A stretch of 64,000 bases of DNA, taken from contig CM052816.1 in NCBI GenBank assembly GCA_028534125.1, forward strand, positions 60,576,001 through 60,640,000, written 5' to 3'. Shown here piece after piece: positions 38,776 through 51,515 of this stretch. A program made the translations under genes and the position numbers. The notes under the pieces were generated by a model. It did not search any database and had not been told where the DNA came from. It saw only the letters and a program-made list of their open reading frames with translations. The stretch is from Lama glama (taxonomy: Eukaryota). Every line of letters starts with the position of its first letter. Within the stretch, counting starts at the first letter, position 1.

Positions 38776-41700
38776 TCCTCCAAAACAGTCAGTCATCACT
38801 CTTTCCTTTAGAGCAAACTCCAGCAGGAAACACATCTTCTTTTTGTAGTAATGGACACTTTCTCCTACACATGGTTCCTGAAACAAAGGACAGAACTATG
38901 GTCCATCTCATCGTTTCTGTGAAACACCCGCCTAACTCAACCACTACTATTCTGGGGGCACTTTTTCTTTCATATCTACATTCTTATTTTATCAATAATT
39001 TCTTTTAGGAAAAAAATTTTCTAGAGAGGAAAAAAGCCAAGTGGGCAACTATGTTTGCCTCTACACAAACAACCACACAAAGAGTTTATTTCCTCCTTCC
39101 CAGGCCCTGTTTCCAGCTCTGCTGGATCACCTCTGATCCTTTAGAACTTACTGCCTTATCTCTATGGAACTCATCTGATCATGTGCAGGGCTATTATTTT
39201 GCCAAGTGCACAAGCCCATGCCTGAGCCCATCAGTTCCTACTGTTCCACTGTAAGCACCACTAGATTCCTGGAGGACAACAGCGGCCCTGCCACCTGAGA
39301 GAGCTCAGGCTTGCTGACCGAGCACCAGCCAATGCTGGTTCCCTGCAGCATCGCTAAGCCATCAAGGTGACCCTCTTCACAACCTTTCCTCTTACCTACT
39401 GTAAACCCTCAAAAATGTCTAGCCCGATTCTTTCAGGAACACCGGGATGAAAATGAAAGCCCCTCTGCTTGTAGCTGACAAAGCAACAGTCATGTTGTCT
39501 ATGCCTGATTAATTAGACATGTGACTGGCAACTAGCCCTTCAGGCAATTTGTCAACCCTGAGTTTTAGCCAAATGTTTATGTATATTACAGACACATGCA
39601 CCTGCACCCACATTCACATTCATATATATACATATGAATATATATGAACGTATCTATTTATGTATATATACACTTATAAAACAAATTCCTTCCAGAGTTA
39701 TTTAGGCACCTGATTTCCAAACACATTTAATTGAACCTACTTGCTTCAAATGAAATTCCTACTTAATTGGTAGCTGCATGTGAATTATTAACTAGTGCTC
39801 TTTGAGAACAAAACATATAAAAGAAGAGAAAGAGCTCCTAGTGTAGCTGGAAGATTCAAGAAATGACTACATTTTTCCTCAATGGCTAAACAGACTCCTT
39901 CCCTTTCCTCCAGATTCACTGTCAGCCATCAAGTGCTGTGGGCAGGCTGGCCTGGCAGGAAGAGGGCCACTCACATCTGTGCCCTATTTGGATGGAAAGA
40001 TGTTGAAACAGGCTCTGCAGAGCAAACACTGCCTCAGCTTCCGTCCTAAGAGTGGAACAGAACCACTGATCTCCCTTAAATATCCACTCACTCTGCTGGG
40101 CCTTTTAATATAGCTGCCATGTTAGACTTTGCAGACAAAGCTTCACTGCTCTAAGTACTAAGAGATGAGGATGAAAAACTCCTAAACTTGTGTGCTCATA
40201 CTGTAATTCCTAAGGTGTAATACCTATCTTCCTGGCACAGACCCTGAACCCCACTCTCTTTTTCATCATGAATAGCATGCTTGGATTCCAAGTCAACATA
40301 AACAAGTTTCCACATCTTAGGTCCATCAGACCAGCTCACATCGCCAAGGAGGGCGCTGACGTTTACGTTTAACCTTGACCCGTTGCTTATCTCAAAGCTA
40401 AAGAAGGGAGCAGGATCATGTGTCCCAGGAACCTAGCTTCACCTGGGGCAAATCGAATCCCAGTCTTAGGTGATCTTCTGGGGACCGAGAACATTTAATG
40501 ACCTCAAGGCAGGCCTTGGAATGTGGTAGTTAGGTTTGCACAGCTGACCAGGGAAATCTGCTCCAGAGGTGGTGGGGTGCCAGCGAAGTCAGCTTTAGGA
40601 CATCCTTCTTTCTTTTAGGTGGCCCATCAGCCCTGATCCTAGCTGGGAAACCTGAAGGCTGGTCAACTCAAAACAGGATAGCACACGTAAGAGCAGTTTG
40701 AAGACAGGTGTCTACTTCCGGTCAGGCACTAGATCTAGGTTACTCTGGTTAACAACACAACATGTATCTTTTAAATACAGGTGGTAAACAGCCAGCAGGA
40801 AGCATCTAAAGGTCCCAAGTACCAGAGTAACAGCAGTAAAGGGGCATCCATCCAAATGCCACTTCTTATCTTGGTGATACTTCTGCTTCCATCTACATGA
40901 TGCCAAAGGACTGATGTCCACAGCTAGGACTGCAGGTGAATCAGGGGTTATAAATGGTAGCCACAGTGATGCTGACAAGGCCCCGGAGAAAAAGGATCTA
41001 GTGTCTCAGGACAGTGGAGTAGCTGCTCATCAATGAGAAAGAGTGAGTACTCATTTCTAAAACTCAAGGTCTTTTGTTTTCTGCCCGAGTTGTGTCCTGG
41101 AGGCTGGGTCTCCTGTAGTGGGTTCTTCTTTCCCCCAAAGGTCCCACCAATCCTCTCCCATCTTTCACTCCATCCAGGGCTCCCTGTTACCACCAGCCAA
41201 GACAACAGTCAAAGAGCAATGTACAAAACCACAAGCAAACAACCTCTTCAAAGGTCAGCCACTGAGGAAGGAAAAAACAGATGGTTTTCTCAGCCCACAC
41301 AATTACTTGTCTCCCCACCCGCTTCACCTCTTCAGATTAGTAGGTTATAACCAGTGGTACTTTCCCTCTCAGGCGGTAATAACAATGCACATTTATTCCC
41401 TCGTTCCCCTGTGCCACACTCTGTACTAAATGCTATCACCTATTATCTAACTCAACAATTCTAAGAGACAGGCCCCTCCATTGTCCTCTTTTCCCAGTTG
41501 CAATGTTGTCAAACAGTAGGTCTAGAATTCCTACCAGGTCTGACTCCAGAGCCCTAACTAAAAGGAATCCACCTTTATTTTCAGCTTCTCTCTCGAAACA
41601 ATTCACTGCCATCAGCATCAGCAGTGACAGCAGCTTTCATGTGTGAGAACTTGTAGTGTCTCGGTGGTTCTTCACGTGGCCCTCCGGGCACTCACAAGCA

Positions 41701-42584
41701 ATCACGGTGCTTAAAGAACTATAACAGATGAATGACAAAGCTGATGAAATTTACCTCAAAAGCCCCAGAGTTTAGGCGCCAAGCACTTAAGGCCAGGTCT
41801 GACTGACACATTCAAATCCATCTCCAGGTGTGGGTCCACCTCTGACTGTTCTTGGCCCTGATCTAAGGGGCAGCCTTCTTACTTCTGTGCAGGTAGAAGC
41901 CTCACCACAGGAGGTAGCGGGAAACCCATCCAACCCAGAAGCTTTCACGTAGGTCAGGCAGCAAGTATTTCTATGATCTGAAAGAAAGCTTGGACACCTG
42001 TTGACACATGAAAGGAGTTAAAACACTACAGACACACACTAGACTCGCCAACCATCCTGTCCTCCTGCCTACCCCAGTTATCATGGGTACCCCAGGTATC
42101 ATGGGTACAGATGCTCCAGCCATCTGTACCCATCCCCCTAAAGGTCCCAAATTGAGGAGATGATGATGGTAAAGCTACCTGAGGGTGTGAGGGCTGGGAG
42201 GAGAACGGCAGTGAGAGAAGCAGTGTGCAGGAAAGCAGTGACAACTGAAGGTAAGTTTCTTGTTGTTGCTTAATGAAGAGGCAGTTTGGGAGAAGACAAG
42301 TACAGGTGAGTCGACATTGGGCAGCTGCACCGTCACCACCACAGTCCATTCCCAAAACATCCAGACCTTCACTGCCATCTCCTTGTCAGCCAAGCTATGC
42401 CATTTATGATAAAAAGCAGAAATATAAAGCAATCAGGCCTAAGGAAGCATGTTTATAATTAAGCTTGCGGTTGAACAAGGGAAGGGCAGAGTGGAAGTTA
42501 AATCCAGAGGACATCCACCAGCCGTTTTCACACATCTGTGTGTTGAGAGTCGCCCAGGAAGTCTGTTCCACATGCAGGTTGCTG

Positions 42585-42685
42585 AGACCCACCCTTCCTG
42601 GATGCTGATGCAGCCCTTCTGGAGTGGGGCCCAGGAATCTGCCTTCTCAGCAGGCCCCAGGTGGTCTGAGGCAGGTGGTTCCAAA
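42585..42685. mobile_element. MER5A-like fragment
   Basis: 'tctggagtggggcccaggaatctgccttctcagcaggccccaggtggtctgaggcaggtggttc'. Confidence 0.7.
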
Positions 42686-42729
42686 TGCTGACTCTGCCTT
42701 CCCTGCCCAGCAGCTGGGGAAGCAATTCC

Positions 42730-42882
42730 AGAAGAGCTGGAGACCTGGGTTCAAGTCCTGCCTCTGGTTACTCAGAAGTTTCAGGACCTGGGCAAATCAT
42801 TTGATATGTCCAGACATCTTTCTTGTCTGTTAAATGAGGAGACTGGAAATACTCTCTAAGGGCCCCCTCTAGCTCTGAAATA
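42730..42882 (+). mobile_element. MIR (MIR3/MIRc-like) SINE
   Basis: 'agacctgggttcaagtcctgcctctg...acctgggcaaatcattt...tctgttaaatgagg...tctaagggccccctctagctctgaaa'. Confidence 0.75.
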
Positions 42883-43439
42883 CAGCGACCGTGCAAAGTG
42901 CTTATGATAGTAAACCTGGTAGCCCAACACATTTTTGCTTCATGAACTCTCAGTTAGTACCTTTGGTGTGCAGGGATCAGCCGAGGTATGAGAGGTGAAG
43001 TCAGACTGGGTTTGGGAGTGCCATGTTGTTAAAACCTGGTGGAATTGAATACATCCTCGGCTATGGCCCCTCTTGTGGCCAAAGGCATGCACCCCGTGAG
43101 GGGGACGTCAGAGGTGCAGGTGACACAGAAGAGGATCAACAACTGGCCCAGAAGCCAGGGAGGCCCGTCTGTGCCCCTGGGCTCCTCAGACAGAGTGTCT
43201 TGCCCCCATGCACACACAGGCTCTAAGTCAAGGGGGTTCCAGCTCCAGAGAAGGCACCTCCAGTATCTTCCCAGTGAAAAGAGCTTTCACCGAAACCACC
43301 AGGGTGTCACTGCAGTCTTGATTCTGTTTCTACATCAGAATTGCCTTTTTGAGGGGCTGGAGCAGGTGACACTTCAGGGCGGAGAGAAACCTCCCTCCTG
43401 CTGCAGCATGAGCGTGAACAGTGCAAAGAGCTCTTCTCC

Positions 43440-43810
43440 CCCCGGAAGTGTGGCACTGCTTGGCTATTCTCAGTGAAATCACAGCTTGTTTGTTCAGTAA
43501 ATAAAGCATCTGAATTAATAGGGGATTTAAAGAAGCTGGAGGGAAAAGGCCTTGCCCTAAAATAAGAACTGTGGGTAGTGTCAGCGCTCAGCGAGGAGCC
43601 GAGTTGACACTCTCGTTCCCTCTTTAATTACTAAGGGAGGGGGCACCAGCAGCAGGCACGGAGGGGACTGTCAATGAGGTTAGGAGGGACCCTGAAGGGC
43701 GATGAATGACAGCACTGACACAGGCTTAGCAACCGCTGCCTGGCTCTCCCCTTATTTCCTTCCCAGACAACCAGATAAATTAATTACCAACCAGTGAATC
43801 TTATAGAAAA
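43440..43810. promoter_or_regulatory. Candidate developmental enhancer (motif-dense unique sequence)
   Basis: PBX-MEIS decamer tgaatgacag 43703-43712; reverse near-match ctgtcaatga 43668-43677; ETS ccggaagt 43442; forkhead gtaaata 43497; RFX half-site cttagcaac 43725; several TAAT cores. Motif evidence only. Confidence 0.35.
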
Positions 43811-46399
43811 CAAGAAAAAAAAAAAGCCAACAGAACTCTGCCTCAATTTAGTGTCTCTTTCCAGCATGAAAGGAGAGCCAGGAATAGTAAGATGAAAGGG
43901 TCCCAGGTTCACCAAGTGAATTCCCAGCCTTTCCCGGGCTCAACCTCCCATCTAGGTGCACCATTTCAGGAGGAAGCCACAGTCTGATCCAAGCAATCCA
44001 AACTGGGCTCTCTGATAAGGACGTAAGGTTCTCCTTCCTTCCTCAAGGTACATAGGATCAGTCGTTACCAGGAGGAGATGGGAGGACCTAATTTACACTC
44101 AGGGATTTTGTGAATATGTGTAAAAGAAGAAGAATGTTTCAGTAATAGCAACTGTAACATAAAGGAAGAAGTCTACACTGGGCTTAATGCTTCAGAATAC
44201 GGGCTTCAGAGGATGAGGAACTCCACCATCAGCCCAAGGGCATCAATCAAGGTGAGAGCCACGTGACCATCCGGCACAGGGCCGGCGGAGCTCCTGCTGG
44301 AGAGCACATGGGAGGGAGGGCGTCTACACTCCACGGTGCAGAGTTAATGACTCCCCAACACCGGGAAGTCCACATCCCACTGAGAAGCCCACAGATCTCA
44401 TCCCGTTACAGTCGCTGGAGTGATCTAACTCTGGACGCATGTTTGCTCTAGGATTGCCAAGTGTCTCCAGTTTAAGCAATGACAAAGGAGGAGGGCTAGG
44501 AGGTTATGGCAAATGAGAAGGAAAAAAATCTACCAGGAGCCCTCTTCTGTGGGGTCTACACACGGGGCTTCTAACCTGCTTCCCTGCTCAGTTAGGAAAC
44601 CAGAGCTGGTGCACGTGACACACGGAAGCTGCTTGGGGCCCTTGCCTGCCACCAGCACGGCTGTCCCCAGCAGTGATCCTGGAGCACCTTCCTCAACACA
44701 AGACAAGGCACTCCCAATTTCTACAAGAAACAGAGGAGCTACCCACTCAGCCATATCCAATTACCACTACATCCCTCACTTCTACCTCCTAAACACGATT
44801 CAGATCTGCCCCTCCCCACCGACCCAGCTGTAATCCCCCAAACTATCACCATATTCTGTCCATAGCAAGTCCCACACCAACTTCCTCTGTCTCCACCGTC
44901 CAAGTCATCTTCCTAAAATCTCACCTGGACATGACTCACCAGCTTTCCATTTTCCAACGCTCCCAATTCTCCCCAATGAGGCTTCTCAAACTATCAGACT
45001 TGACACTCGGATATGCCCAGCCCCACCTCCAGAGCATCCCACACGAAGTGGGAGGCAGATAAGGTCGGGACCACTAATCTACATTTTCAACAAGTTCATT
45101 AGGTGATGGAGAGCCAGCAGTGTTTACCTTCAGACGGTCTTTTATTATCCCAGAACAATAAACTAAGAGTTTAGAGAGAGGGTAGGAGAAATGCCCAAGG
45201 AGTGAAATTAGCCCAGGGATCAGTGCAGATTTTACAAGGCAGGTTCTGGTGACTGCACATTTCCAGCCACTATAACTTGGGGATCCTATACAAGGCTGTA
45301 ATTTTCAAATCGGGCTGCAAGCTAACTGCTTTTATGCTAATCTCTCTCAATAAAGACCATGGCTGGAGAAGACACGTACACTGGTTTGCATCATCAAGAC
45401 CAAAAACCTTGAAAACACTACTTTTTAAACTTTTAACTTCCATCCTAGGTACAAGCACTCGAACTCCTCTCAGCTGCAATAATGGCTGCAAGACACACTC
45501 AATAAATGTCCACTGAGGGGCGTGGGGATCGATGCCACCTACCAAATCCCCTAAAAGCTGCTCCTCCACTAAACGACATTCCAAGAGGAGACACTTTATG
45601 AACGAACTCTTTGGCCCAATTCCCAATACCGGATGATGAATCACTATGTCATTTTCTTGACAGAACCATTATTTTGCAACTTGTTTATATTTTTTAAAGT
45701 ATGGAAGAGACTGCTCTGGGTCTCTGGCAAGTTAAAGTCCCATAACAATTACCTTTAGATTTTACTTCATCAGCCAGGCAATTCTAACGTCCTGACAGCC
45801 TAAGGATGAAAATAGGTTTAAAGTAAAATATCATTAATGCAAAACCCACAAGCCTCCTGAAGAGGGGCCACTTGTGTGACAGCAGCCTGGTGCCAATTAA
45901 GAAGAAACCTCCTTCTCAGCAAGGGCTCTGCTGATTGGTTTATGAGCCCATCTTTTCCAATCAAATATTTATCGGCTTGTGGAGTTGTTTTTTTTTTTTT
46001 CAGAAGACCTTCCCTTCCAGCTTTATGATACATTAATAGCCCAAGGTCTGAAAGCTATTCTGAGTCTTTCACTAACCTCGAACAGATAGTAATATTTTTC
46101 AGTAGTCTTGTGAGGAAAGCTTGGGGTGGGGGGATTTCAACTATCAGGGGAATCTTAAGGCCTGTGAGAGGAATGTGGGCAAAGACGCTGGTCAGGTGTT
46201 TGAAACTCCCTCACAGCCTAGCTGGTCACAATTAGTGGTCACAAACAATGCGCAACTTACTACACATCCCTTCAAGGTGTGTGCAGCTCTTGGTGTTAAA
46301 ACCCCCGTCTTCATGACTGATATCCACTGCACCGTGCTGTATGGTGCACAGCACCCACCCCTGCCTCCATTCGCCTGCCTGTACTTGTAGATAGCAACC

Positions 46400-48130
46400 C
46401 CATCTCCCAGGTCTCCAGGGTAGCCGCTCGTCCCTTTAACGGCCCCTCACATGCCATGCTCTTACATCTCCTTGCATTTCCGTCACTTTCTGCCAAAAAC
46501 CAAATGCTAAACAGCATTCTTGAGTGTGGCCAGAATCAGTGAACACTTCCTATGTCATCTGATGCCAGAAAAGTAGAGGGAAAATCCCTGCCTTGTGATG
46601 GATGCTTTATTTTCACAAACACGCTGTAGGATCACCTCAGGAGTTTTGTTTCATTTTTTTTTAAAAAAGAAGACATCAAACTATTGACTCGTAGAATGCT
46701 TCCCTTCAAATGAAATGTTCAAGGCATTTCCACATGTGATGCTGTAAAGTGGTAACTTCTTTATTCATCACATATATGCAGTCGGTTTTCCGAACATCAA
46801 AACAAGACGAAATACTTACTCCCTACTCAATTTCATCCTGTTAGAGTCAGCTCTTTGTTCCAGTGCACTCAGTATTTCCCTTCCTGCTTAACTTCAAAAG
46901 CAGATTTGATGAGCATCCCCTGATGTTCTCAGCCAAGTCATTAAGGAGCCCAGGCTCTCCCCGCTTAAGATGCCTGAAGGCATCACTTCTATTACTCAAC
47001 CATCTTTGAGATCAGATGTTCCATCAGTTGTGCCTTGCATATGAGAGTCTGTGGGAGAGGCCTCCCTAAAATTGAGAATAACCATCTTTGTGCCATTCTA
47101 ACTAAAGAATCCCCACAAAAAGGATGAGGCTTGTCTGTTATGAATGGCCCATAGTTAACCACACTGGTGCCCAGTGGCGATCTCTTTACTATGACTATCA
47201 TAGGGAACATTCACCACTCCTGATGGATCTCCAATTTCTGGACACTCTTCCTACGTTTGAGGGCTCTGCCGGTGATGGAGACTTGGTGGGGATGTGAGAG
47301 CATCACTTTCTTCTAAAGAAGGTAAAAAGGAAGCTAGATATCTGCAGGGTCTCCCAGAACACAGGCAGCTAGAGCATGGATAACTTACCTAAGCTCAGCA
47401 AGCAGATATACCTACCTAGGACTCTGAGTCTGCAGCGAATGGCACAGAAAAGCCAGGGCAATTCACAATGCATTCTGGTGGCTGAGTCAGGAGCCCAGTA
47501 GGTAGCAGTGAATGACAGCAGCGCTCCCAGTGGCAGCTTGCTAACATCCCTTTCCCTCAGCATAGTCTGGCCTCCCCTGGCATCTGCCATTTTCTGAGAC
47601 AGGCTCTCCAATGTTCTCATCAAGATATCCAATATCCTTCTAATAAGACCCGTTTGCATTTAAGTTACTCAGAGTTGGATTCTGTTGTTCACAACCAAGG
47701 ACTGATAACAGCCACACCACCAGTTAATCAGTCTAGAATTCTGCCTAGAACCCACACCAGCATGGCACCCACCTCTTACTCCTTTTCAAACTTAGACAAC
47801 ACCACCCTCACTGCGGCATCATCTCCCTCCCCAGTTCTGAAAGACATCTCAGAGCAAGTTCAGCAATGCCTTATACGTGTTTTCTCACACCCTGGGATGC
47901 AACACATCCACGACAGAGACTCGGAGCTCATTTAGACCACAAGGTGCCTTTGTCCAATCTTTGCACTCATCTTAGGTTTCTAAACCCTCTTACCAAGGTC
48001 TGTCCTTACACTTTCCAATCATCTTATCATTCTCTTTAATAAGAAAGCAAAACAGAAATAAAGTATTTTTTCCCTTCTCTGTAATCTCTCCAGACACTAC
48101 AAGAAATAGTCTCATATCTCCATGTTTTTT
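46400..48130 (-). mobile_element. Long CR1/L3 LINE fragment (ORF2 region), interrupted by an LTR
   Basis: 'aatttcatcctgttagagtcagctctttgttccag', 'gcagatttgatgagcatcccctgatgttctcagccaagtcatt' and 'acctgggatgcaacacatcc' follow the recalled L3 consensus in reverse and in order. Confidence 0.7.
47430..47710 (+). mobile_element. Old ERVL/MaLR-type LTR fragment
   Basis: 3' end 'atccttctaataa...ttaagttactcagagttggattctgttgttcacaaccaaggactgataaca'. Confidence 0.55.
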
Positions 48131-48789
48131 CTTTGAATAGCTAAGTCTGCTTTACCCACAAGGTCCAGAAACTCTCACAACAAATTAAGCAGGTGGTTGG
48201 CCTCTGGATAGAGTAATCAAAAGGATGCCAGTGGCTCTCATTAGACCTATTACCTTTCCCCTCCCCTCAAAAAGTTAGTCATTACACACAGGTCAATACA
48301 ACATTTTACTTCCAAGTCAAGCTTAAACTCTAAAAATTCCCATGCAATATATTCATTCTTATTTTTAAGGCAACATCAGATGCTATGACTCGACAACTAG
48401 CCATATTCTCATCAAATTTTAACTTTCACACAGCTTTAAAAAAATTTAACTTTCACATTATATATCTAAGTTCTTTTCTGGGGAAATAAAGCTGAAATAG
48501 ATTTTCCATATCACGACTTTTCAGATTTTGTGTAATCTCGAAAGCCTTATACTATGTAATGCTGTTTTTACATTTTTTTTTAGCTAAACATAAAAATGCA
48601 AGGTACAATTTCACATTGATGACCACTTTGTTGGGTTAAGGAAAGATGAAGGCTCAAAAGCCATGTAAATCTTTCAACTTCTATTTCAGTTAAACTTAAA
48701 CTGCTGTCTCTAGTTTAAAAATCTAGACTATTAAGAGTTCCAATATAGTAATTTATGCCTCAGAGAGGCACAGTGATTTCCTAAGATGC

Positions 48790-50300
48790 TAAGTAAAAAT
48801 GTTTCCTCAAAAGGAAGATACAATAAATACTTTTAGAAAAATGTAACACTAAAAAAGAAAAAAGGAAAGAAATGAGCCAAGTTAGTGGCCTAGGAATCAT
48901 AAAAACAAACAAAACACTGACTATAGTATCATCAAAATTTAGAATTTTTGTCTAAAGGATACATGGACAAAGTTAACAAATAGCTGAGAAAATGTAGGCA
49001 GATGCCATTTTAAATGTATCAAACTGCAGAAATAATTCATTTCTACAATACAGTATACCAGAAAGTCTACAAATCAGTAAGAGAAAGATAACTTCAGTAG
49101 AAAAATAGTGTTGCGAGCAAACAATTTGAAAAACAGACATAAAAATGTATTTGATGACGCAAATGATTCACAGACTTACAGACAAAGAAAACAAACTTGT
49201 GGTTACCAAAGGAGGGTGGGGGAAGGATAAATTTGGTGTTTGGGATTAGCAGACACACACTATATACAGAATAGATCAACAAGGTCCTACTGTAATAACT
49301 TACAAGGAAAAAGAATATATGTATATGTCTAACTTAATCACTGCTGTACATCAGAAGATAACACAACATTGTAAATCAACTACACATCAATAAAAAAAAT
49401 TTTAATGTATTTGATGGCATGCTCAGATTATGTATGTGTAATCAGAGAAAAGTTAACTAGAACAAGGAGTCACCACGATACACCAATCAGATTGGTAGGT
49501 ATCAGGAAGGTGGAAGGCAGCAAATGTGGACAAGTATGTGGGGACAGGGAAAATCTCACCTAACTGAACCTGGTGTGGCTGCTAGAGAGAGCACTCAGGC
49601 ACAGTTGAAGAAAAATGGCGTATATGATTATCCCATGACCCAACGCTCCTGCTCCCACGTGTAGGTCCCTGGAAATGCTCTCACAGATCCATGACGCAGC
49701 ATCAACAGGAAGGCTCACTGGAATGTCGTTTGTGTCATCTCCTCTCCCTGGTGTCTGGAAGAGGCTGCACTCTGATAAAACTGGCCCCTGACAGTGCCTG
49801 CCTCACTGACAAAGGCAGGCACCTCTCCCAAGGTGAAATGGGCAAGGAAATAAAAAGGCTTGAAGGTGCTTCCATGGTATGTGAAGAGGGCCCTGGGAAA
49901 AGACCGCCAAGCCTCTGTGGGGTTACAAATGCTGGACAGTCGGGAGGCAACCTAAGTACCAATCAATGACAAGGTGACAAGTAAAAGAGGGTAGATGCAG
50001 CCCCGGCCACAGCTACATGGACTCCATGTCCACACAGCAACATGGAACTGATCTTAGAAATGGTATGTGCTGTGGAAAAAAGAAATGATTTCTATTATAT
50101 GCATTTTTACATATTCAGTATTCTTCCTCTTTCTTTCATCATCCCTGGGGATATATAATACTTAAAAATGCAAGTAATATAAATTGAAGTAATATAGCAT
50201 ATACTATATATAATAAAACCTAAACTATAAATGCATTCAAATAATACTTACTTGTAGTAACTCAGATAAAAAGATGCCTATGAGGGAAAAAATAAGAATG
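48790..50300 (+). mobile_element. Very old L1 (L1ME-like) fragment hosting a younger L1 3' end
   Basis: A-rich degenerate L1 text ('tctacaaatcagtaagagaaaaga', 'caccaatcagattgg', 'cccatgacccaacgctcctgctccc'). Confidence 0.55.
49157..49403 (+). mobile_element. 5'-truncated cetartiodactyl L1 3' end with target-site duplication
   Basis: 'acagacaaagaaaacaaacttgtggttaccaaagg...acacaacattgtaaatcaactacacatcaataaaaaaaa'; 13-bp duplication aatgtatttgatg at 49144-49156 and 49404-49416. Confidence 0.9.
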
Positions 50301-51069
50301 GACAATGAGACAAAAGGAGGAGGAGGGAAAAAGGAAGGATGTATTGAATGAAAGTTCTAACTTAGAAAAAGAAGAGCATATTTCCTAAGTGTCAATGGTT
50401 AGGGGCAATTCTTCTTTGGGATCCAGAAAGGGAGCTAGTGAAGACTAAGCATGTATGTGTACGTGATCTAGATAAGTGAGTTCTGCCCAGGTTATATATG
50501 TGTAATTCAGTTACATTTTGTTCCTTGTAACCAACATTGACATGACATGGTTTGGATTCATAGCAGCACCAGATGCCATAAAATACACTATATATTTAAA
50601 TTAAACAAAATTAAGGCACTTACAAGGATTAGAAAGAATTAGCATATTCATGCACATCTTTGGCGAGTTTCTAGTAAAAAATGGGAAAAATTAAAGTCGA
50701 TGTGCCAACATAATATATTCGACATTACAAGGTGCTCTTAAAAATTAAACAGCATTTTCCCCCAACTTTTAATGACATTAAGGACATTGTAGAGTTGTTC
50801 ACGCTTAACACAATCTAAGCTGATGAAATATACACTCTTAAAGTAGTTGGTCAATCAGTTAGATTTTCAGAATTAAATTAGGGGGAAAATTAAGTTGGAC
50901 GTTGTGTAAGATCCACTGCACCTCATTGAAGGAGATCAATTTAACCTCTCATAATTCTTGCTCAGTCATGGAAGTTACAGCGGCTTGTGGTGCTGCATGG
51001 CTAACTCTTGAAAGCAATTATTCCAAAAATCGTTACTTCTACATCAAACAAAAAGAACATTTTACAGCT

Positions 51070-51515
51070 ATGTCAGACTCTGTGGCCTGGCCACCATTCA
51101 TAGACCGTTCTTCCCAGTCCTCCTCTAACACAGAATCTGAAAATTTCCCAGAAACTCCTGCAAGTAAGGGTAAGCATGGGATCCACTTCCGACCAATGTG
51201 AAATTCACACAAGTTGCTAGGTAAGTCTTGGGGGAAAATTTCTACCAAGGGACAGACTCAGCTGGCAGGACTCTTCTCTTCTTAGTCCTTCCCCCATCTT
51301 CCCACTGAAGACAGAGGCAATGCTGAAAGTGGGGTGGGGGATAAGGGCCATCCCCCAAAGATGGTGGAATGGAAAGACAGGCTCTCTATCTTGATAACAA
51401 TCTGGAGCGGCCTGGACCATCTATTTGCAGATTTCTTGTGAAGTTAAATAAATAAAATCCATATTGGGAAGCCACTAGTAGTTGAGTTTTAGCTAAATGC
51501 ATTCCTAACTGATAC
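51070..51515 (+). mobile_element. Old MaLR LTR (MLT1J/K-like)
   Basis: 'aaggggacagactcagctggca', 'aagatggtggaatggaaagac' and the end 'aagccact...gctaaatgcattcctaactgataca'. Confidence 0.6.

Noticed and set aside
40340..40360. CTCF-like motif (cgccaaggagggcgctg); also a partial match near 63897-63912
   Set aside because: Several mismatches to the core consensus; not supportable without ChIP data
45753..45799. Minus-strand 47-nt exon-like segment with fair splice sites
   Set aside because: Stops in all three frames and no other support; probably a pseudo-exon
51069..51170. Plus-strand exon-like stretch (ttttacag ... gtaagg/gtaagc; MSDSVAWPP...)
   Set aside because: Falls in the 5' part of an old MaLR LTR and the peptide is unrecognisable
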